Shown in pieces: positions 8,018-18,121 of a DNA stretch of 64,000 nt; position 1 is the first letter of the stretch; each line of letters begins with the position of its first letter. Below the pieces are notes generated by a model that was given only the letters and a program-made list of their open reading frames with translations, had not been told where the DNA came from and did no database searches. The DNA is taken from the NCBI GenBank assembly GCA_934771475.1, contig CAKVMD010000001.1, positions 21,232 to 85,231 of the forward strand, written 5' to 3'. The position numbers were made by a program, and so were the translations under genes. The DNA is from an uncultured Clostridia bacterium. Lineage in GTDB: Bacteria; Bacillota; Clostridia; Christensenellales; UBA1242.

Positions 8018-9757
8018 ATGGAAATTAAAAAGGAAAAAGACGAACAACTCGAAATCGCAAGACATTCTCTTGCTCATGTGCTTGCAAAAGCGCTTATGGA
8101 ACTTTATCCAACAACAAAACTTACTATTGGTCCTGCTATTGAGGACGGGTTTTATTATGACATTGACCTTGATAAATCAATTACCCAAGACCAGTATGAC
8201 GTAATTGAAAAGAAGATGAGAGAAATACTTAATAAGGGTGAAAACTTTGTTAGAAAGGAAGTTTCTAGGGAAGAGGCTCTTAAACTTTTTGCTGGCAACG
8301 AATACAAAACAGAAATTATCAATGAATTGCCAGAGGATGCGGTTGTAACAATTTATTATACCGGGGATGACTTCTTTGACCTTTGCAGAGGCCCTCATGT
8401 TGAAAGTACAAGAAACCTTCAAAACTATGGATTTAAGATTAAAACAGTAAATGGTGCCTATTGGAGAGGGGATGAAAAGAACAAAATGCTCCAAAGAGTT
8501 TATGTAAACGCTTTCAAAACTAAAAAGGACCTTGCTGACTATCTCAATATGCAAGAGGAAGCCAAGAAGAGAGACCACAGAAAACTTGGAAGAGATTTAA
8601 AGCTTTTTATGATTTCACCTGAGGGGCCTGGTTTCCCATTCTATCTTCCAAACGGAATGATTGTAAGAAATCTTCTTATAGATTATTGGAGAGAACTTCA
8701 TAGAGAGGCAGGTTATCAAGAAATCATGACTCCAATCATGCTTAATCGTCATCTTTGGGAGACTTCTGGGCACTGGGATCACTATAAAAACAATATGTAT
8801 TTGTCAACAATAGATAATGAAACTTATGCTATCAAACCTATGAATTGTCCTGGTGGGGTGCTTGTTTATAAAAATGAACCACATTCATACAAAGACCTTC
8901 CACTTCGCCTTGGTGAACTTGGTCAGGTACATAGATACGAAAAATCTGGCGAACTTGGCGGTCTTTTAAGAGTTAGAAGTTTCACGCAAGATGATGCGCA
9001 CATTTTCATGACTCCAAGCCAAATTAAAGGTGAAATTGAGAATGTCGTAAGACTTATCGATAAGGTTTATAATGTATTTGGTTTCAAATATCAAATTGAA
9101 CTCTCAACTCGTCCAGAAAACAGTATGGGTAGTGATGAGGATTGGGAACTTGCAACGCAAGGACTTATTAGCGCGCTTGATGACCTTGGAAGAGATTATG
9201 TTATCAATGAAGGCGATGGTGCTTTCTATGGTCCTAAAATTGATTTCCACCTTACAGACGCTATTGGCAGAACTTGGCAATGCGGAACTATCCAACTTGA
9301 TTTTCAACTTCCTCAAAGATTTGAACTTGAATATGTTGGTGATGATGGTCAAAAACATAGACCAATCATGATTCACCGCGTTATTTACGGGTCTCTTGAA
9401 AGATTTATTGGTATGCTTATTGAAAACTTTGCTGGTGCATTTCCTCTTTGGCTTGCTCCTGAGCAAGTAAGAGTCCTTACGCTTACAGAAAAAAATAATA
9501 CTTACGGAAAAGAAATCAAAGACAAACTTTTCAACCTTGGATTTAGAGTTACACTTGACGACAGAAACGAAAAAATTGGTTATAAGATTAGAGAGGCTTC
9601 AAGTATGAAAATTCCTTACCTTATTATTGTAGGGGATGAAGAAGAAAGCAATAAAACAATTTCTATTCGTGGAAGAGGCTTTGAAAACAAATCTGGACTT
9701 AATTTGTCAGATTTTATCGATAGACTTCAAAATGAGGTTAAAACAAAGAAAATTTAG
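8018..9757 (+). CDS. thrS: threonine--tRNA ligase (short form lacking the N-terminal TGS domain)
   Basis: ATG 8018 follows AAAAGGAGG. The protein begins at the editing-domain HSLAHVLA motif. Class II core present (RDHRKLG, FTQDDAHIF). Confidence 0.95.
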   Translation: MEIKKEKDEQLEIARHSLAHVLAKALMELYPTTKLTIGPAIEDGFYYDIDLDKSITQDQYDVIEKKMREILNKGENFVRKEVSREEALKLFAGNEYKTEIINELPEDAVVTIYYTGDDFFDLCRGPHVESTRNLQNYGFKIKTVNGAYWRGDEKNKMLQRVYVNAFKTKKDLADYLNMQEEAKKRDHRKLGRDLKLFMISPEGPGFPFYLPNGMIVRNLLIDYWRELHREAGYQEIMTPIMLNRHLWETSGHWDHYKNNMYLSTIDNETYAIKPMNCPGGVLVYKNEPHSYKDLPLRLGELGQVHRYEKSGELGGLLRVRSFTQDDAHIFMTPSQIKGEIENVVRLIDKVYNVFGFKYQIELSTRPENSMGSDEDWELATQGLISALDDLGRDYVINEGDGAFYGPKIDFHLTDAIGRTWQCGTIQLDFQLPQRFELEYVGDDGQKHRPIMIHRVIYGSLERFIGMLIENFAGAFPLWLAPEQVRVLTLTEKNNTYGKEIKDKLFNLGFRVTLDDRNEKIGYKIREASSMKIPYLIIVGDEEESNKTISIRGRGFENKSGLNLSDFIDRLQNEVKTKKI

Positions 9758-9821
9758 TTGTTTTCATTTTGAAAATTAAATTCTTTATGCTAAAATGGGC
9801 ATATCTTAATAGGAGGAATAA

Positions 9822-10235
9822 ATGGGAGCAACACAAATTATACTGCTTTGCACGATTGTCATTTTGGTGGTTATGTATCCAATTCTTACAAGGATTAGAA
9901 ACAAAAAAGACATTGAAAAATTACAACAGCAAACTGACAACTTGAAAGTGGGGACAAAGGTTTTAACAACAAGTGGTATTTATGGTACAGTTGTAGAATT
10001 ACGTGAAGAAAACGAGCGCACTCTTGTTGTTATTGAAACAGGCTCAAAAGATAAAAAAGGCTATCTTGCCATTGAGGCGTTTGCAATTTATACTATTTTT
10101 GATGAAGTTAAACCAGTCGAAAAATTGCCGGCAGAAACAAAACCTGCGGACATTGAAGTAGAGGCAAACAAATTAAACAAAACTTTGGAAAAAACGGAAG
10201 CAAAGGTCGAAAAGAAGCAAAAACAAGAAAAATAA
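9822..10235 (+). CDS. yajC: preprotein translocase subunit YajC with Lys/Glu-rich C-terminal extension
   Basis: Single N-terminal TM followed by LKVGTKVLTTSGIYGTVVEL, typical of YajC. RBS AGGAGG. Confidence 0.8.
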   Translation: MGATQIILLCTIVILVVMYPILTRIRNKKDIEKLQQQTDNLKVGTKVLTTSGIYGTVVELREENERTLVVIETGSKDKKGYLAIEAFAIYTIFDEVKPVEKLPAETKPADIEVEANKLNKTLEKTEAKVEKKQKQEK

Positions 10236-10373
10236 ACGCGTTTTGAAAATAAAAAGAGGGGGTGATGCCTCTCTTTTTTGTTGTAACAAGTCCACTTTGT
10301 CATTTTTCGTAAATATAAAACATAATTTAAAACATAGAAAGTAAATGTATATTTTGTTTTAAAGGAGTCAAAC

Positions 10374-10790
10374 ATGAAAATGAAAGCAAAATCACAAAAA
10401 ATAAAGCATATTGAAAATCCATTCTTGGGTGGAGTAGTAAAAGGAACGCTGATTGCGCTTTGTGTTTCACTTGTGCTAGTGCTCGTGTTTGCTTTTCTTT
10501 TAAAATTTACAAACATTCCAGATAGCGCTATTGCACCAATAAACCAAGTTATTAAAGGCGTAAGTATATTTTTAGGCGTTTTCTTGGGACTTAAAAAAAT
10601 TAAAGAATTAGGACTTGTAAGTGGGCTTTTGATTGGACTTATTTACACTGTTTTGGCTTTTATTGTGTTTTCAATTTTGGCTGGCTCATTTACTTTTAAT
10701 CTGTCGCTTTTAACTGATATGATATTCGGCGCAGTTATTGGTGCCATTTGCGGTATTATTTGTGTGAATATCAAAAAAAGTAGTAATTAA
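10374..10790 (+). CDS. TIGR04086/YrzE-like membrane protein
   Basis: 138 aa with 4 TM helices and a Gly-rich helix pattern. Lies between yajC and secDF as yrzE does in B. subtilis. Confidence 0.45.
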   Translation: MKMKAKSQKIKHIENPFLGGVVKGTLIALCVSLVLVLVFAFLLKFTNIPDSAIAPINQVIKGVSIFLGVFLGLKKIKELGLVSGLLIGLIYTVLAFIVFSILAGSFTFNLSLLTDMIFGAVIGAICGIICVNIKKSSN

Positions 10791-10803
10791 AACCTCTTTT
10801 TGA

Positions 10804-10833
10804 TTGACAAATGTCCTTTTAATTCTTTATAAT
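10804..10833 (+). promoter_or_regulatory. sigma-A-type promoter for secDF
   Basis: TTGACA-18 nt-TATAAT. Confidence 0.5.
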
Positions 10834-10885
10834 AGATGAGTAATGGATAGTGTTTGCTCTGGCAAACCGAATAAAAGGACTTTTC

Positions 10886-12256
10886 ATGTTAAGAAAACAC
10901 TCAATAATTAAATATGTGCTTTTGGCATTGCTCGCAATTATCGGCGTGGTTCTTTGCGTTGTGCCATTCAATGTGCCAGGTTCAACAGACAAGTATAATA
11001 GTTTGGTTGGCTCTATTGAAAAAGATTTTGAACTTCGTGGTGGAGTTAGCGCAATCTATGTTTTAGACGGAACTAACAATGCCGACAAAATTGACGAAAA
11101 CCTATATAAACTTAAAAAAGTCATTGATTACGATGGAGTAAAAAATTACTCTATTTATCGTCAAGGAGAAAATAAAATTAGATTTGATGTGGCTGGGGCA
11201 ACCGAAACAGACACAATTTTTTCTAATATCGAAAGTGGGAAAGCGTTAAGTGTTACCCTTGAAAAAGTTAGTGATACAGTAACAAACCCTAAGGTTTATG
11301 TAACCAGTGCTGATGTTGACCATGCTTATGGCAACTATGATTCAACTGGTTCATCTTATGGCGTACAAATTGAATTTGCAAGTGATACAAACATAAAAAA
11401 GATGAAAGATGAAGCAGGAGTTTTAGGGGATGAAACTGCATATATTTATGTCGGCGAAATGACTAGCGATAATTTGCTTGCCGAAGTCAGCGTTAACGAT
11501 TTTAGTAAAAACATTTTTGTAACTGCTGTTTCGGGAAGTGGTTATTCTACATCGTCATATTCAAGTTGCAGAGAGATTGCTTATGCAATAACTGGTGGAG
11601 TGTTCGGAAAGACACTTTCTCTTGAAGAGGCTTGTTATATTTCACCTATGCTTGGCAGACAAACCCTTTTACTTCTTGGAATTTCAAGCCTTGTAATTGT
11701 CCTTTTGGCATTTGCATTTATGTGGGTTAGATATGGAGATTTGGGGCTTATTTCAATTCTTTCACTTACATTTTTCTTAATTCTTGATATTTTCTTGCTT
11801 CAATCTATTCCTGGAATTGTGCTCAATATAAACGGATACTTTGGTGCTCTATTAGGGTTCGTTGTAGCTGTACTTTCACATATTATGCTTATTGAAAAGA
11901 TACGCAAAGAGTACGCAATAGGCAAGAAAATTCATCTCGCTTGCAAAGGGGGATTTAAAGGTTCTTTGTGGCAAATCCTTGACACTCATTTTATGCTTGC
12001 CCTTGCTGGACTTTTAATTTGGATTGTGGCACCATTAAGCCTTAAAGTGTTTGGGGTTACTTTGCTTATCGCTTTACTCGTTTCTGCTTTTGCAGTTGAG
12101 GGACTCATGAGATTTTTCATAAAAACTTATCTTCCAATTAATGCAAGCGATGCAAAACGTATGCATTTATATCGCGATGCAAATGTAGTGGAAATTAAAG
12201 AAGAGGAAGAAGTTGTTGCTCCTATCGAAGTAGAAGGAGGGGAAACAAATGAATAG
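10886..12256 (+). CDS. secD: protein translocase subunit SecD
   Basis: N-terminal TM, large periplasmic-type domain and C-terminal 5-TM bundle. Overlaps secF. ATG 10886 has a better RBS than the tracked GTG 10850. Confidence 0.85.
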   Translation: MLRKHSIIKYVLLALLAIIGVVLCVVPFNVPGSTDKYNSLVGSIEKDFELRGGVSAIYVLDGTNNADKIDENLYKLKKVIDYDGVKNYSIYRQGENKIRFDVAGATETDTIFSNIESGKALSVTLEKVSDTVTNPKVYVTSADVDHAYGNYDSTGSSYGVQIEFASDTNIKKMKDEAGVLGDETAYIYVGEMTSDNLLAEVSVNDFSKNIFVTAVSGSGYSTSSYSSCREIAYAITGGVFGKTLSLEEACYISPMLGRQTLLLLGISSLVIVLLAFAFMWVRYGDLGLISILSLTFFLILDIFLLQSIPGIVLNINGYFGALLGFVVAVLSHIMLIEKIRKEYAIGKKIHLACKGGFKGSLWQILDTHFMLALAGLLIWIVAPLSLKVFGVTLLIALLVSAFAVEGLMRFFIKTYLPINASDAKRMHLYRDANVVEIKEEEEVVAPIEVEGGETNE

Positions 12257-13274
12257 TGTAAATAATTTAGAAAAACGCATGTTGAATTCGCGTTTTAGCG
12301 CAAATAAAAATTTCTTATATTTTCTTATTGTGCCACTTGTAATATTGCTTATTGGAGCGATTTTGCTCTGCACTTGTGGGTATAATCTTGGCTATGATTT
12401 TACTGGCGGAACAACATTCAGAATGTTTGTTAACAAAGATAACGCTATCATAACTACGGTAGACAATTATGACCTTGAAAAAACTGACGATTATAACAAA
12501 GTTTACAACAAAGTTGCTAACATTGTGAATGAAAACAAGGGTAAAATTGTCTCTTATACAACCACTGGGATGACCGTGCTTGAATATAATATTTTTGACG
12601 GGCAGGCGATAGAGGTTACTTTCCAAAATTCTTCAACTAAAAAAGAAGAAATTGAGTTGCAAAATGAAGCAATCAGAGAAACTATCATTGATACATTTGG
12701 ATTAACTAGTTTTGATAAAACAGTAAGCGATTTTGATATTGTTGGTCAAAAAACATCTTCAAATTGGGTAACTGCCCTTGTTTGCAGCGCAATTCTTGCA
12801 TTTGTTGCGGGTGTAATTTACATTATGGCGCGTTATAACGCTTCCGCATCGCTTGTGGGAATAATATTGCTGGCATTTGATATGTTTATGATGCTCAGTC
12901 TTATGCTTATTTGCAGAGTTCCAATCAACATGACACTTGGCGGAATTGTTTTGGCGACAACCCTTATGTCATTATTTAACCTATTTGCTTTTTATTACAA
13001 AGCGAGTGAGGGGCACAAGAATGGAAAATTTGAAAAAATGAGAAACGCAGAGATTGCAGATAAAATCACAAATGAAAGTTCTTTCATAAAAACCATGATT
13101 TATGCGGTTTTGGCTGTTATTCTGTTGGTGCTTGTCATCGTTTCTACAAATGGAGTTAGATTTACAGCGCTTGGAATTTTGCTTGGACTTATAGTAACAT
13201 ACTATAATTCACAATTTATACTGCCTTCACTTTTCACAGTTTTTTACAAGAAAAGAAAGAAGAAAAGAGTTTAA
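12249..13274 (+). CDS. secF: protein translocase subunit SecF
   Basis: LGYDFTGGT motif and a C-terminal TM bundle. 8-nt overlap with secD. Confidence 0.85.
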   Translation: MNSVNNLEKRMLNSRFSANKNFLYFLIVPLVILLIGAILLCTCGYNLGYDFTGGTTFRMFVNKDNAIITTVDNYDLEKTDDYNKVYNKVANIVNENKGKIVSYTTTGMTVLEYNIFDGQAIEVTFQNSSTKKEEIELQNEAIRETIIDTFGLTSFDKTVSDFDIVGQKTSSNWVTALVCSAILAFVAGVIYIMARYNASASLVGIILLAFDMFMMLSLMLICRVPINMTLGGIVLATTLMSLFNLFAFYYKASEGHKNGKFEKMRNAEIADKITNESSFIKTMIYAVLAVILLVLVIVSTNGVRFTALGILLGLIVTYYNSQFILPSLFTVFYKKRKKKRV

Positions 13275-13295
13275 TCAAAATTAAAAAATAGTTTA

Positions 13296-13328
13296 AAAGT
13301 GAGTGTTTTATTGGCACTCACTTTTTTC
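13296..13328 (+). terminator. rho-independent terminator after secF
   Basis: AAAGTGAGTG...CACTCACTTT stem followed by a T-run. Confidence 0.7.
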
Positions 13329-13405
13329 AAATGCGCAAATTTTGAGCTTGTTTAAGATTTGCTTCACATAGATAATATTTATCTCATTAATATATCCTTA
13401 AATGC

Positions 13406-13434
13406 TTGACAAAGGAGCGCGAGTTTGTTATAAT
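13406..13434 (+). promoter_or_regulatory. sigma-A-type promoter for rpsB-tsf, giving a ~160-nt leader
   Basis: TTGACA-17 nt-TATAAT, a perfect consensus. Confidence 0.65.
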
Positions 13435-13598
13435 TACTTCGTCATTGGACAATAAGCACTCATAATATATTCAGTTGCAGTTGCCTAAAATTCTTATGTG
13501 AAAAGCGATATAAGCATAATGATAAAGGATAATCCTGAGGTCGCAACTTGGAGCGAGAAAATTATGGGGAAGGACAAAAACAAAAGGAGGAAATTAAA

Positions 13599-14504
13599 AT
13601 GTCAGTTATTTCAATGAAACAACTTCTAGAAGCAGGCGTTCACTTTGGACATCAAACAAGAAAGTGGAACCCTAAGATGAAGAAATATATCTTCACTGCA
13701 AGAAATGATATTCATATCATCAATCTAGAACAAACATCAGAGCAAGTAGACAAGGCTTACACTTTCGTAAGAGATGTTGTTGCTTCTGGTAAAACAGTTC
13801 TTTTTGTAGGAACTAAAAAACAAGCACAAGACGCTGTTAAAGAGGAAGCCGAGAGATGCGGAATGTATTATATCAATACAAGATGGCTTGGCGGATGCCT
13901 CACAAACTTCAAAACTATTAAGTCAAGAATTGAAAGACTTAATAAACTCAACCAAATGGAAAAGGTTGGAGAATTTGACCTTCTTCCAAAGAAAGAAGTT
14001 GCTCTTCTTAAAGCAGAAAGAGACAAACTTGAAAAGAACCTTGGTGGAATTAAAGAAATGAGAGAACTCCCAGGACTTGTATTCGTTGTTGACCCTAATG
14101 TTGAACACATTTGCGTTAATGAATGCCGTGTTCTTGGAATTCCTATGGTTGGACTTGTTGATACTAACGGCAACCCAGATGGTATTGCTTATGTAATCCC
14201 TGGAAATGACGATGCAATTCGTTCAGTTAAACTTATCGCTGGCGCTATGGCAGACGCAGTTATCGAAGCTAGGGAAGGCGTATCAATGAAGAAAGACGAA
14301 GATGAAGCAGAGGAAGAAATTGACCTTGAAAAGGCACTTGCTGAAACTAAACCAAACCTTGAAATCGCAGAGGCTGGTGAAGAGCGCAAAACTGCCAAAG
14401 GAAGAAAGAAACCTGCAAAGAAGCCAGCCAAAAAAGAAGAAGTTAAGGCTGAAACTGCTGAAGTAAAAGTTGAAGAAACAAAAGTTGAATCAAAAGGAGA
14501 ATAA
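13599..14504 (+). CDS. rpsB: 30S ribosomal protein S2 with ~60-aa charged C-terminal extension
   Basis: [27 protein letters not shown] after AAAGGAGG. The tracked TTG at 13548 lies upstream of the RBS. Confidence 0.95.
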   Translation: MSVISMKQLLEAGVHFGHQTRKWNPKMKKYIFTARNDIHIINLEQTSEQVDKAYTFVRDVVASGKTVLFVGTKKQAQDAVKEEAERCGMYYINTRWLGGCLTNFKTIKSRIERLNKLNQMEKVGEFDLLPKKEVALLKAERDKLEKNLGGIKEMRELPGLVFVVDPNVEHICVNECRVLGIPMVGLVDTNGNPDGIAYVIPGNDDAIRSVKLIAGAMADAVIEAREGVSMKKDEDEAEEEIDLEKALAETKPNLEIAEAGEERKTAKGRKKPAKKPAKKEEVKAETAEVKVEETKVESKGE

Positions 14505-14506
14505 TT

Positions 14507-15160
14507 ATGAATTTCACCGCTAAAGATGTTGCAGAACTTAGAGCAAAAACCAATGCAGGAATGATGGACTGCAAAAAAGCCCTCACTGAATGTGATGGAG
14601 ATTTCGAAAAAGCCACTATTTGGCTTAGAGAAAAGGGTATCGCTGCCGCTGCTAAAAAGCAATCAAGAATTGCAAGTGAAGGAATTGTTACATCTTACAT
14701 CCACATGGGTGGAAAGATTGGTGTTCTCGTAGAAATCAACTGCGAAACAGACTTTGTAGCAAAAACAGACGCTTTCCAAGAAATTGGACACGATGTTGCT
14801 CTTCAAATTGCTGCCGCTGCTCCAAAATATGTTAGAATAGAGGAAGTTCCTGCGGAAGAACTTGAAAAAGAGAAAGAGATTCTTAGAAATCAAGCCCTTA
14901 ACGAAGGAAAACCAGCTCAAATCATTGAAAAAATGGTTGAAGGCAGAGTTAAAAAATTCTATCAAGATGTATGTCTTTTAGAGCAAGCATTTGTTAAAGA
15001 CCCAAGCATGACTATACAACAATATATCAATGAAAAAACTCTTCAAATTGGAGAAAAAATCTCTATTAGAAGATTTACAAGATATGAAATGGGAGAAGGT
15101 CTCGAAAAGAGAAACGACAACCTTGCCGAAGAAGTTGCGAAACAAATGGCTGGAAAATAA
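14507..15160 (+). CDS. tsf: elongation factor Ts (short form)
   Basis: [22 protein letters not shown]-like N-terminus. Immediately follows rpsB. Confidence 0.95.
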   Translation: MNFTAKDVAELRAKTNAGMMDCKKALTECDGDFEKATIWLREKGIAAAAKKQSRIASEGIVTSYIHMGGKIGVLVEINCETDFVAKTDAFQEIGHDVALQIAAAAPKYVRIEEVPAEELEKEKEILRNQALNEGKPAQIIEKMVEGRVKKFYQDVCLLEQAFVKDPSMTIQQYINEKTLQIGEKISIRRFTRYEMGEGLEKRNDNLAEEVAKQMAGK

Positions 15161-15165
15161 TAAAT

Positions 15166-15197
15166 AAAAAAGACCATAAATGCGTGGTCTTTTTTTG
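15166..15197 (+). terminator. rho-independent terminator after tsf
   Basis: AGACCA...TGGTCT stem followed by T7. Confidence 0.7.
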
Positions 15198-15482
15198 TTA
15201 CATAAAATTGAAACAATAGAAGTGAGCGCTTTATTATGATAACAAAGATTATATGAATTACGCGATTGATTGCTTGGACGCGCAATAGCAATAAAAACAA
15301 GGTGGGTGTTTTATTTTTAAGGGAAATTTTAGTCGTTTAAACTTAAATTGTCGTAAATCATAAATTTGATGTTTTGTATTGACTAATTATTTTTAAGTAT
15401 TCTCAATATTTCTTATAATTAATTGACAAATGTCGATTATTATGTTAAATTTATTATACCACAATAAAAAGGGAGATAACTT

Positions 15483-16613
15483 ATGAAGATTACTATTGTC
15501 GCCGATGTTTTTGGTCAAACCAATAACGGGACTTCGGCCACGATTACGAGATTAATAGAACATATGCAATCAAGAGGACATGAAGTTAAGATTGTTTCTA
15601 CATATGACGGAGGAGAGAACTATTTTGTCGTTCCTAGCCGAAATTTTGGGCCATTTAATAATTATATTGAAAAAACCAATGGTGTTGCTTTGGGGAAACC
15701 TGTAAAGTCTACTATTTGGGAGGCGATTAAAGATGCCGATGTTGTGCATTTTGTTTTGCCATTTAAAATGAGCAAATGCGGAATAAAAATGTGTATTGAA
15801 CATGAAATTCCTTTCACTTCCGCTTTTCACTGTCAACCTGAAAATATAACAAGCCATCTTAGCTTGCAAAAGTCAAAGTTTGTTAACTATCTTATATACA
15901 AGCACTTTAAGCGCGATTTTTATAAAAAAGTGCCAGTTGTTCATTGTCCAAGTATGTTTGTGGCTAACAAACTTGCGCAATACAACTATCCTTGCAAAAC
16001 TTTTGTTATTTCAAATGGTGTAAGAGACGAGTTTGTTCCAACGCCGAGCGAAAAACCCGAAGAATTAAAAGATAAATTTTGCATAATGATGTCGGGACGC
16101 TATTCAAATGAGAAACGCCAAGATTTGATAATTAAGGCTGTCGAGAAGAGTAAATATAAGGATAAAATTCAAATTATTTTGGCGGGGAACGGACCTAAAA
16201 AGAAAAAATATGAAAAAATGGGGAGAAAATTGCCAAATCATCCTATCTTTTGCTTTTTAAGTAAAGACGAACTTATAAAAACAATCAATTACTGTGATTT
16301 ATATGTTCACGCATCTGACTTTGAAATTGAAGGCATTGGCTGTATGGAAGCCATCAGTTGTGGTATTGTGCCAGTGCTTTCAAATAGTAAAAATGCAGCC
16401 CTTTATCAATTTGCTTTGACCGACGAAAACTTATTTAAAGCGGGAGATGCAAAAGACCTAGCTCGAAAAATTGATTATTGGATTGAGCATCCAAAAGAAA
16501 AGAAAGAACTTAGTAAAAAATATGTTGAGTTTATGAATCAATTTAAGATTGAAAAATGCATCGACCAAATGGAAGAAATGTTTAAATATGCTTTCAGTGA
16601 GGGTAAAAAATGA
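15483..16613 (+). CDS. GT4-family (GT-B) glycosyltransferase, plausibly a glycolipid synthase
   Basis: MKITIVADVFGQTNNGTSATI N-terminus and the C-terminal FEIEGIGCMEAISCGIVPV motif, typical of group-1 glycosyltransferases. Confidence 0.75.
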   Translation: MKITIVADVFGQTNNGTSATITRLIEHMQSRGHEVKIVSTYDGGENYFVVPSRNFGPFNNYIEKTNGVALGKPVKSTIWEAIKDADVVHFVLPFKMSKCGIKMCIEHEIPFTSAFHCQPENITSHLSLQKSKFVNYLIYKHFKRDFYKKVPVVHCPSMFVANKLAQYNYPCKTFVISNGVRDEFVPTPSEKPEELKDKFCIMMSGRYSNEKRQDLIIKAVEKSKYKDKIQIILAGNGPKKKKYEKMGRKLPNHPIFCFLSKDELIKTINYCDLYVHASDFEIEGIGCMEAISCGIVPVLSNSKNAALYQFALTDENLFKAGDAKDLARKIDYWIEHPKEKKELSKKYVEFMNQFKIEKCIDQMEEMFKYAFSEGKK

Positions 16614-17431
16614 TTGATGAAGAGGGAAGAGTTTGGCCAGATAACCCACACCAGCACATGATGACTCCTCCTAAAAAGCGCAAAGAACTTGATTATAGTT
16701 ACAAATATGAAAAAAAGAGCCCATTTTACAAATTGTGGTCTTTCTTTTTAAGAATTCTAGCGCTTATTTTCATTCCAATTATTAACCATTATGCTTACAG
16801 GTTTGTTATAAAAGGAAGAAAAAATTTAAGAAAATTAAGGAAAACTGGTTTTGTTGCAGTTTCAAATCATGTTCTTCACATGGATGCGGCAATTATTGCT
16901 TCATCAATTTTTAACACTAGAAAATGCTATTTCATTATGCTAGGAGAAAATTCGACTATTCCTGTTGCAGGGAGTATTTTGAAGTCGCTAGGTGGAGTGC
17001 CAATCGCAAGCGACACATCGGGAACCATGAAATTTTTGACATACTGCAATAAGTTAATAAAAAAGAAAAAACCAATCCTTATTTTCCCAGAGGTTGCTAT
17101 GTGGCATGGCTATAAAGGCATTCGTCCTTTTGAGAGTGGAGGGTTTAGGCTTGCAATAAGTAACAATGTGCCTGTTTTGCCTATCGTTATTACACTTAAA
17201 TACAGGAATAAAAAGAAAACACGATACAAAGCATATTTTAAAATTTGCGACCCAATATACCCTAATACAGAATTGAAGGGGAAAGCATCAGCGACCGAAC
17301 TAACAGAGAGAACTCATGAGGTTTTTGTGAATGAAAGTCAAAAATTTTACAAAAATGAGAGGAAAAAACATTTGTTAAAAGTGGTAAGGAAATCGCTTAA
17401 ACAACAAAAACGCAGAAAAAACTTGCAATAA
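16610..17431 (+). CDS. PlsC-family lysophospholipid acyltransferase
   Basis: HX4D motif NHVLHMD and FPEVAMW block. 4-nt overlap with the GT4 gene. Basic C-terminal tail. Confidence 0.7.
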   Translation: MIDEEGRVWPDNPHQHMMTPPKKRKELDYSYKYEKKSPFYKLWSFFLRILALIFIPIINHYAYRFVIKGRKNLRKLRKTGFVAVSNHVLHMDAAIIASSIFNTRKCYFIMLGENSTIPVAGSILKSLGGVPIASDTSGTMKFLTYCNKLIKKKKPILIFPEVAMWHGYKGIRPFESGGFRLAISNNVPVLPIVITLKYRNKKKTRYKAYFKICDPIYPNTELKGKASATELTERTHEVFVNESQKFYKNERKKHLLKVVRKSLKQQKRRKNLQ

Positions 17432-17521
17432 TCAATATTAAGAGATAATTTATAAAGATTATCTCTTTTTTGTTTGCAAATTTGTGCATTTTATTGTAAA
17501 ATACCTTACGAGGAGAATTTT

Positions 17522-18088
17522 ATGAACGAATTATATGAAGAAATTGAACTTTCTTGCCAAGAGGACATTGAAAAGATAATAAATCATCAATTAAATGAAT
17601 ATTTAGTAATAAGAGCAGGTAGAGCAAACCCACATATTCTTGATAAGGTTTTGATAGATTATTATGGCGTGCCTACTCCAATCAAAAATATGGCTTCTAT
17701 TTCTGTGCCAGAGGCAAGAATTCTTGCTATTTCTGTTTGGGATCAAAGCCAACTTAAAAACATCTCAAAAGCCATTTCTATGGCAGACCTTGGGGTTACA
17801 CCTAACGAAGATGGAAAGGTTATTAGACTTGTTTTCCCAATGCTTACAGAAGAGAGAAGAAAAGACATTGTAAAACAAATCAAAAAACTTGCAGAGGAAG
17901 CAAAAGTTGCTGTTCGTAACGCAAGAAGAGATGCAATGGACCTCATTAAAGATTTAGAAAAAAATGGTGAGATTTCAGAAGACGAAAAGGCTGTTTTTGA
18001 AGACAAAATTCAAAAATTGATTGACAATGCTTGTGATAAGATTGAAGATAATTATAAAATAAAAGAAAAAGAGATTATGGAGGTGTAA
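17522..18088 (+). CDS. frr: ribosome recycling factor
   Basis: ATG 17522 follows GAGGAG. Motifs LVIRAGRANPHILDKV and VRNARRDA. Confidence 0.9.
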   Translation: MNELYEEIELSCQEDIEKIINHQLNEYLVIRAGRANPHILDKVLIDYYGVPTPIKNMASISVPEARILAISVWDQSQLKNISKAISMADLGVTPNEDGKVIRLVFPMLTEERRKDIVKQIKKLAEEAKVAVRNARRDAMDLIKDLEKNGEISEDEKAVFEDKIQKLIDNACDKIEDNYKIKEKEIMEV

Positions 18089-18121
18089 CCTTTCTCTTTT
18101 TCGTAATTAAAAAGGAAGGTT

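Noticed and set aside
15043-15300. 85-aa minus-strand ORF across the tsf end and terminator.
   Set aside because: It overlaps the tsf coding end and a bidirectionally unfavourable terminator, with no start signals.
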